Shown: piece after piece, positions 24,726 to 34,192 of the stretch | How the letters are laid out: each line of letters opens with the position of its first letter | Numbering within the stretch: position 1 is the stretch's first letter | Assembly: GCA_002104945.1 (NCBI GenBank) | Contig: MCFH01000056.1 | Span: forward strand, 62,001-126,000 | Direction of reading: 5' to 3' | Length of the DNA: 64,000 bases | Source: Piromyces finnis finn | Taxonomy: Eukaryota > Fungi > Neocallimastigomycota | Made by a program: the position numbers and the translations under genes | Notes under the pieces: generated by a model | What the model saw: only the letters and a program-made list of their open reading frames with translations | Told to the model about the DNA's origin: nothing | Databases searched by the model: none

Positions 24726-27454
24726 TTCCGAGTGCATTTCTCCCATCGATTATTATCCGGTAATCTTTGAGATAATACGGCACCGATTGCGAAATTACTT
24801 GCATCTGTCTCAACCACAAAAGGTAATTCAGGATCAGCATGAATTAAAATTGGTTCCTCGGTAAAGAATTTCTTTAATATACAAAAAGCTTCATTACATT
24901 CTTCTGGCCAATGAAAATTGACATCTTTCTTAGTTAGATTATGTAACGGTTTAGCAATACTAGCAAAGTTTGGAATAAATCTTCTATAATAATTGCATAA
25001 TCCAATAAACGACTGAACTTCTTTAACAGATGTTGGCACAGGCCATTCCATAATAGCTTTAACCTTTTTTGGATCCATAGAGATTCCCTTATCTGAGATA
25101 ACATGCCCTAAGAAAGTAGTTTCTGAAGTTTCAAATTCACATTTGCTAAGTTTCGCATAAAGACCATTTTCTTTTAATCTTTGAAGAACTTTCTTTACAT
25201 GCTTTCGGTGTTCTTCCAAGTTTTTCGAATAGATAAGAATATCATCAATATAAGAAAAGGCGAATTCATCCAAGTATTCCCCGAGAACATCATTGATAAA
25301 ATGTTGGAAAGTTGCAGGAGCGTTTTTTAATCCAAACGGCATGACAAGATATTCAAAGTGACCAAATCTTGTCCTAAATGCAGTCTTATATTCATCACCT
25401 TCATTTATTCGAACTAGATTATAAGCAGACTTGAGATCAAGTTTAGTAAAAACTTTGGCTTCTCTTAATCTATCGAATAATTCAGATATGAGAGGTAGTG
25501 GATATGAATCCCTGATTGTGTTTTCATTGAGTCTTCGGTAATCAACACACAATCTTAAAGTTCCATCCTTTTTCCTAACAAATAGCACAGGTGCTCCAGC
25601 AGGTGAAGTAGACGGTCTTATAAATCCTTTTTCTAGATTTTCAGAAATATACTCCTTTAACGTATTCCTTTCTTCTTCTGTTAGAGGGTATAAAGGACCA
25701 TAAAATAAGTTATCTTTATCTTTCAATCTTATTTTACAATCGTATATTCGATGTGGAGGTAGTTCATTACACTCAACTTCATCAAATACATTTTCAAATT
25801 CCTTATATACATCTGGAATTTCTATAACATTTTCTCTAACATCTTCACCACTATTTTCATCATTTGAAAGAACACTACATACAATATACTTTTGAACATT
25901 CTTTTTATTTAATTTTAAATTTTTACTACATTTCTTTTTAATACATGAATTTTTATTTTTATCTATAATTTTTCTATTTTCTTTATTCCTAATTTCACTT
26001 TCTCTAATTTTTAAACTATTCTTATAATTGTTAAGTATTTCTTGTACGAGTTCCTTTTCTTTTCTTCTTTTTTCTTCTTTGGCCAATTGCGCTTCTTGAT
26101 TTCTTCTTTCCATGTCTTCTGGAGTAGCACAGCAATTCAAAGAACAGAATTCGGATTTGAATTCAAGAGTTTGATCCTTAAAGCTAATTGTAGGATCGTG
26201 TTTTCTTAACCAATTCTTACCCAAAATGACAGAAATACCAGAAGGAAGATCAGTAAGGTAGAATTGAATGGATTCTTTATGATTCTTGATGTTCATGATT
26301 AAAGGAATTGTTTCATACTTCAAGAATCCATTACCACCTATACCTTCAACAAACTTATCCTTAAACATTCTTTGGAATGGGATCTTGTACTTGTCCACGG
26401 CTTTCCAATCCAAAAAGTCTAAGTCCGAACCAGAATCCACAAGAGCCTTAAGATACACTCCATTATTGACTTGTAATAGAATGTCATAAACATTTAACAT
26501 TCTTCTTCCAGCGGTAGTAGCCATGAACGCTTTTGGTCTATTTATAACCTTATCCTTAAGTTGAGGACAATCCTTCTTAATATGTCCAGTCCTTTTGCAG
26601 AAGAAACATTTTCTAGGCTTAGCTGAGGTGGTAGGGTTTTCTTGGTCTACATAATTTCTATATTTTACACCATAAGAGAGGTACCTTGTTCCTAAGTCTC
26701 TGTTATATCTTCGGTTCTTCTTTCCGTCGACATCCATAGGATCCTTTCCGAAGACTTTCCATTCTACTTCTACATTGGCAGCAACAACATTAATTAACTC
26801 AGTTATCTTTCTAATTCTTGGGTAAAGGAGCTTCGCTTTTTCCTTGACTGAAGTTGGTAAACCTTCCATAAAGAAATGGATCTTTGCTTCATCATTAAAG
26901 GACGAGTCTCTAGCCATCTTTTCAAATTCCTCGCAGTAGTCCATGACGTTCTTGAATTGGCTTGACTTTAACTTTGCAAGTCGACTGTTGGCTACATCGG
27001 CACTGTTACAGGTTTTATAGCGAGCCTTCATTGCCTCAATAAAATCTTCATAGGAGTTCAACAGGGGGCTTTCTTCTCTTTCCAAGTCGGCAAACCATTC
27101 GGCGGCGGTTCCTTCCAGGTAGCATCCCAAGATATCCAGCTTGTAGGCGTCGGTAGCATCTTCTTCTAAGTTATATTTGAAGTATTTCTCCAATCTTGCC
27201 AGGAAGTAAAGAAGTTCACTTCTTTTTCCCGAAAATCTTGGAGGTTTTGGGATGAGTTTTCCCCTGGTGTTAACGCTTTTACCAGTCTCATCCTCGATAT
27301 CCATCATGGAACTCGCCTCAGAGCCTGCGTCACTGACTCCAGCTATTCCATCGTCACGGTTGTCTAACATTCTATATCTAGTATTCATATTACTACTTAA
27401 TAAACAACAAATAGTCAACCAATATTTAATATCCCAATTATTTATACTATTCAA
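22808..27454 (-). CDS. gag-pol: E2 single-ORF gag-pol polyprotein (CA, CCHC, PR LVDSGS, RT YIDD, RH, IN, divergent chromodomain)
   Basis: 1548-aa open frame. The true start is uncertain. Contains an in-frame 78-bp retroposon-derived insert (RWEKCTRKLKKK...). Confidence 0.95.
24685..24749 (-). mobile_element. Severely 5'-truncated SINE insertion (27 nt of 3' end plus 38-nt poly-A) in E2 RNase H
   Basis: AACTTCCGAGTGCATTTCTCCCATCGA is identical to the start of the body at 36090. 13-bp TSD TTATTATCCGGTA at 24672-24684 and 24750-24762. Confidence 0.93.
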
Positions 27455-28687
27455 CTTGACTATTCCTAATTATTTTATTCTTATATTAAATAAATAATTT
27501 AACAACCTTATTATTATACTATACTAACCTTTTTATTATTTACTACTACTAAACTAACAACTAGTTATTAACCAAACTAATATATTTTTATTATTACTAT
27601 TTATTGATTATTAACTATTAAACTATTTTAACAACAAATTATTCTATACCAAATAATTATAAAATACCCCGAAATTAACTAAAATTAATTTCTAACAAAA
27701 AAATTTTTTTTTTTTTTTTTTTTTTTTAATATTAATATATTTTAGATAATCCCCGAATTTAATTCTATTATTAAATTCTCACTATAATTAATTTTTTTTT
27801 TTTTTATAATATTATTTTCTATTACTATTCTTATACAAAGGTGAACTTCCTATTCTAATAAGTTGGAAAATTGTAAAATATTCTATTCTAAGTTCAGGTT
27901 TGTATACACTAAATCAAACTAACACTAGTTATAAATTTATTTATTATTAAACTTTATTTATTTATTAAATTATATTAAACTAAACTAAACTAAAACAACC
28001 GTTGATTACTTTACCGTGAAGGATATTTTACCAGAGCCCTCACTAGGTAATCAATTTATATTTATTTAAAACTAAAATTATTAATCTAAACTATAAACTA
28101 ATTATAAACTAATGTTAATTTATCTAAACAACATTAACCTATACGATTTTCCAACTATCGTTTCAATAGTTGAAAAATTTTCTTTATTTATACTTTTTAA
28201 ATAAATTGAATAAATTCTAATATACATGTTTTAATATTATAATTTTACATTGTTTACATTTATACATTTATTAAAAGAAATTATTTGTATTAAACTATTT
28301 AAATTCAATTTATTTACTACAGAATTTTCTAAACTTAAAATAAAGTTTTGATTTATTTACTATATGGTTGATTATATTTCAAACATATATTCAATTTATT
28401 TATTTCTAATTTTGAGGCTTAGTTTATAAAAAAAATTTTTTATTATCTAAAATATTTATTGGTTAAAATTTATTTAATTTAAAATTTTATTTTATCATCA
28501 AAAACTTTATCTTATCATAAAATTATATTTTACATAAATTTATGTTAATGTATTGTGATATAAATTTTTGTAATTAAAAAATAAAATTTACGGTACATTA
28601 ATTTAATACATTATACATTATTTTAAATACGTATTAAATACATTATTCTATTAATACAATATTTTACATTTTAGATGTGTAATGAAT

Positions 28688-30711
28688 TGTAGTAATTTCT
28701 TATTATTGTTTACAGAAATTACTATCTACAATAATATTAACGAATAATATTGTAGTATTATTATGCGGAAATAAGAAGTATTGAACAAATTAGAATAGAA
28801 AATAGAAAGTAAAAATAAAACTTATCGAGTTTATTATAAAGATTTATAATAAACAACCAAACACAAAGAGTCAAATGGGTCGTAAGTTTTTTTAGTTAAA
28901 TTACTGATTTATTAGAAGGATATTTTATTTAATTAAAAAGAAAAATGTATTTATGTTATTTATTATAACGTATTCCTTTATAATAATAACTCTTGAATTT
29001 CTAAGGAATTTCAAGAGTGTTTTATTTATAATTTTATTAAAAAATAAGGTTAAATAAACGGGTTCTAATCTTAACAAATAAAATGTTTAGGAAAAGACTA
29101 GAAGAAAAACCTAAACATGATTTTCGATCAATATTCTAGTCATATTGATCTTCGTGTAATTTTAAGTAAAACCGAATGCTTCTTTAAAGCGAAATCGGGA
29201 AAACCTTAAAATTCCGATTCCTATTTTATCCGTGCTTAATACAATACATAAAATATAATTAATACATAATTTAAAACAATAAGTGTAATGAATATAGTTA
29301 GTCAAAATTAAATGTATAAGATAAATAATAAGTAAATAAATTATTTATATTAATTAAATGTACATAAAAATTAATAATTAAATAAATTTATAAAGTTAAT
29401 TAAATATATAAGAATATAGCAAGTAAATAAATTTTATATTTTATATAAGTGTATATAAAATTAATATTTTAAGTAAATCATAAGTATTAACTAAATGAAT
29501 GAAATATTAAATAATTTAATAAATTATTAGTAATAGTTGAATGTATAGAAAATAATAATTTAAATAAATTTGTATTAAATAATAAGAAATAATAATTATT
29601 CAATTATGAATAATTAATATTTCTTATATGATGATGCGTTGACCGATATATTTTTGAATAATATAATATTTTATATAAATAATAAATTCTAATATTTATG
29701 ATGAAACAATAAATTTAAAATAAAATAAAATATGTTTTATAATTAACAAATAAATCACTCAAAAACTCGAAAATAAACTCTTTTTATTATGTTTAAATTA
29801 TCTCTTTATTATATTTATAATTTATTTATTGTCTATTTATTGTCCCCCCTTTATAAAGAAGAATTTTATCTTCCTTTTATACATTTTCATTTATTACATG
29901 TATTATTATTTTTAACTATTAAATGTTATTATTACTATTGTTATTATTTATTAAAATTAAAAGAATAAATTAAAATTATGTCTTAGTATTATAAAATATT
30001 ATAGAATATTACTTATTTGATTTTCTTATTACTTCAAAATGTTTAAATTTAGAAAAATTATTATAAATTATCATTGACTATCATTAAATGTATAATACCT
30101 TGAATAAAATAATTAAAATTTAAAATTAAAATAATATTAAAATAAAATTAAAATGAAATTAAAATATTAAAAGTATCAATTATTATAAACACTCATTTTA
30201 TACAGAAACATAAAAGAGTTCTGTATTTTATCTTTGAAATTGTTATTATTGTTCTATTTCCAGGCTTTAAATTAATCACTTTTAGTAATAATTACTCAGT
30301 TATTTATTTGTTAATTTATATATATAAGTTTGAAAGAATTTCTAAAGAACACTTGGATAAAACACTAGAATTAATAATTTAATGTATATCATTTTATTTT
30401 TTTTTAGTTTATTTATTCATTTTTATTTACTTATTATTATTTTATTATTTTAATACATTTTTGGATTGAGTCGTTTTATTTTATTTAATAATTTATTTTA
30501 TTATTATCTCTATTAAGTCGTTTTTTTATTCATAATTTATTATTTAATAAAGAGAATATTATTTATTTAAAAGAAAGGGTTATATTTCCATAAAATTATT
30601 ATTTATTCATTTTTAAGGGTTATTATCTTTTATTTTTATTATAAGTCGCTATGGGTTAAGTCGTGTTTATTCGGCTAGTTTTTATTACGTTTTTATGTGA
30701 GTAGCGTATCA
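28688..30711. mobile_element. Non-coding 2024-bp TG...CA insertion (possible large solo LTR) inside the E3 5' LTR
   Basis: Starts TGTAGTAATT and ends GTAGCGTATCA. Flanked by duplicated ATGAAT at 28682-28687 and 30712-30717. The right ~770 bp recur at 46376-47127. Confidence 0.75.
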
Positions 30712-31151
30712 ATGAATACTAGAAATAACTAAATTGTCTTAGTGGTTAGTAGCTAAGACTTTGAGTCTGAATGACACTAGTTCGAGACCTCATAGATACT
30801 ATTTTAAAAAAATTATAATTTTATTTTATTTTATTTTATTTTATTTTTAAATTTTATTTTATATGAAGATTATTGATTGGTTAAGAATTTTAAGTTGAAA
30901 AAATTTTATAAATTAATTTAAAAAATTTTTAGTATAAATACGAGTGAATTTTCCCAAATATTTTAAAGAATCGAGATTTTATTAATAAATAATTATATTA
31001 TTAAACACTAACTTATTAAGTTAAATTCTATGTGTTTTTAATAATATTTTTATAAATTAATAATTTACAGAATATTTTAAAGTGTTAATATTACTAAGTT
31101 ATTTAGTAAATATTATAATTTGTTTTATTGTTAAAGACACATTTCTTTACA

Positions 31152-34100
31152 CTAAGAAGTCTTCTGTTAACTTTTCTACTTCGTCTCTCTCAAATCAAGA
31201 ACCAACTTCTGTTTTGACTTCTTTTTCTGATTCTAATATTCAATCCAATTCTATTCTCAAATCCGATTCAAACTCTAAATCAGAACCCAATTCTTCTATT
31301 ATACTTCCGGATGTTCTTTCTGACTTTGCTGATGTCTTCAATGAATCTAATGCTGAAAAACTTCCTCCACACCGTCCATACGATTGTGAAATAAAACTCA
31401 AAGAAAATTCAAAACTGTTTTATGGACCGATTTATCCTCTAACAGAAACCGAATCAATTGCTTTAGAAGAATATATAAAAGAAAATCTCAAGAAAGGATT
31501 TATTAGAAAATCAAAATCGCCTGCGGGAGCTCCTATTCTGTTTGTACCTAAGAAAAACGGTCAACTTCGTATGTGTGTTGACTATCGCCAATTAAACTCC
31601 ATAACTATTCGTGATTCTTATCCCCTTCCTCTTATACAAGATATGCTTGAACATCTTGGAAAAGGGAAGATTTTCTCAAAATTGGATCTTCGTTCTGCCT
31701 ATAACTTGGTCAGGATTAAAAGTGGTGATGAATATAAAACCGCTTTTACTTGCAAGTTAGGTCATTTTGAATACTGTGTGATGCCTTTTGGGTTGAAAAA
31801 TGCACCTGCTGTTTTTCAACATTTCATTAATGATGTTCTTGAAGACGTTCTTGGTAAATTCGCTTTCTCTTACATAGATGATATTATTATTTTTTCCTCT
31901 GATTATAAATCTCATATATCTCATGTCAAAACTGTTTTGAAACTCCTGAGGGATGCTGGGCTCTATGCTAAATTGGAAAAATGCGAGTTCTTTGTTTCTT
32001 TTATTGATTTCCTTGGTCATAGGATTTCTACTGATGGTATTCACATGGACCCAAATAAAGTTTCTTCTATTTTAAACTGGCCTACTCCATCTAATGTTAA
32101 AGAGGTTCAATCTTTTCTTGGTCTTGCGAACTACTACCGTCGATTTATTCCAAATTTTGCAAAGATCGCTCATCCTTTGCATAAACTTTTGAAGAAAAAT
32201 GTTAAATTTGTATGGTCTAAAGAAGCTCAAGATGCTTTCGATTCACTCAAGTCCTTATTTGTTTCTGCTCCTGTTCTTATATTTCCTAATCGTGAACTTC
32301 CATTCATAGTCGAAACTGATTCAAGTAACTTTGCCATTGGTGCTATTCTCTCGCAAGTCTCTCCAATTGATAATATGACCCATCCAGTTGCTTTCTTTTC
32401 TCGCTCTCTTACTGGTCCTGAACGTAATTATCCAATATATGATAAAGAGCTCTTAGCTATCGTTGCTGCTCTTGAAACATGGCGTCATCTACTTAAAGGC
32501 TCTTCTTCTACTTTTAAGATTTACTCGGATCATCGAAATTTACTCTATCAAAAGAAACCTGAAAAAATGTCTCAACGTCTTGTTCGCTGGGCTTTGTTTC
32601 TCTCTGAATTTAACTTTGTTATTATTTATCGTTCTGGTTCTTCTAACGGTAAGCCTGATGCTCTATCTCGTCGTCCTGATTATGCTATCAATTCGAATTC
32701 CTCTTCTGATGTTCCTTTTAATGTTCTTCGCCCTGAAAACTTTTGTGCCATTGTGACTTCTGTTTCGTCCATTAGTGATTCTTTTCTTTCCGAATATATA
32801 AATGATGACTTTTACAATAAAATCTGTGAATATCTTGATTGTAGGAAACCTCCAATACCTCACCCTCAAATTGACAAATTTTCCTTAAGCAATAGTTTTC
32901 TCCTTTTTACTGACAGAATCTATGTTCCTCCAAATTGTCGTCTTTCAATTCTTAAACTCTGTCATGACTCTCCTTCAGCTGGTCATTTCGGAATAAAGAA
33001 AACATCTTCTCTTATTGCTAGAGACTTCTGGTGGCCTTCTATTTCTTCTGATGTTAAAGACTACGTTCGTTCTTGTGAAGTTTGTTGTCGTTCAAAAACC
33101 TTTCGTCATAAACCTTATGGTCTTCTGAATCCTCTTGATATTGCTGAGCGTCCTTGGTCATCCATTTCAATGGATTTCATTACAGATTTGCCTTCATCTT
33201 CTGGTTTCACTTGCATTCTTGTTGTTGTTGATCGTCTTACAAAAATGGTTCATCTCATTCCGTTCAAAAGTATTCCTTCCGCCGCCGAAACAGCCACAGC
33301 CTTTATTGATAATATTTTCCGTTTTCATGGCCTACCTGAATCTATTGTCTCGGATAGAGGTTCTCAATTTACCTCTAAATTCTTCCAATCCATCTGTTCC
33401 TCCCTTGGCATTGAACTTAAGTTGTCTACTCCATTTCATCATCAATCAAACGGTCAGACGGAGAGGGTGAACTCCGTTATAGAACAATATTTAAGATGTT
33501 TCTCAAATTATAAAGGTTCAAATTGGAAAAGTTTTCTTAGTCTTGCAGAATTTAGTTATAACAACGTGGTCCAAGAATCATCCAAATTTTCTCCATTCTT
33601 TTTGAATTACGGCTTTCATCCAAAATATTCACCAGTTATTCCAGACTTATCTAAAGTCCCAAGAGCAGAAGAGTTTACAAGAGATTTTAAAACTTTAATT
33701 AATACCTTAAAAGAAAATTTAAAATCTGCCATGGAAACCCAGAAGAAGCATGCTGACAAACGTAGAAAAGAAGCTCCGAATTTTAAAGTTGGTGACAAAG
33801 TTTGGCTGGATAGTTCTTTAATTATCCACAAAGGAAATAAAAAATTTAAGCCAAGAAAACTCGGCCCATACAAAATCTTGGAAAAAATATCAAATGTTAC
33901 ATTTAAATTAAGTCTCCCAAAATCTATTAAGATTCATCCAGTTATTCATGTATCCAATCTCGAGAAATATGTCGAAGATAAATTTGGAAGATCTCAACCA
34001 CCACCGCCACCTATTACCGTTGACAATGAAGAAGAATACGAAGTTGAAGAAATTCTGGATAAAAGAAGACATTACGGAAAAATACAATACCTGATTAAAT

Positions 34101-34192
34101 GGAAAGGGTATTCAATCAATGAAGCTTCGTGGGAGCCTGAAGAAGATCTAAATTGCAAGGGGCTACTTAAAAAATTTAATAGAAAGAAATAA
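31152..34192 (+). CDS. pol: E3 pol: Ser-rich linker, RT, RNase H, integrase, canonical chromodomain
   Basis: The ORF track start (31082) lies inside the LTR. Real internal sequence begins at 31152. Clearly the same clade as E1 pol. Confidence 0.92.

Larger units (their letters stand above)
22000..28668 (-). mobile_element. Ty3/gypsy chromovirus E2, full length and very young
   Basis: 797-bp LTRs at 22000-22796 and 27872-28668 that look identical by eye. TSD TTTTA at 21995-21999 and 28669-28673. PPT AGAAGAGGGGCA. Confidence 0.97.

Noticed and set aside
31082-31151. GTG start of the 1036-aa ORF as the real E3 start
   Set aside because: It lies inside the 5' LTR; the open frame results from the gag deletion.
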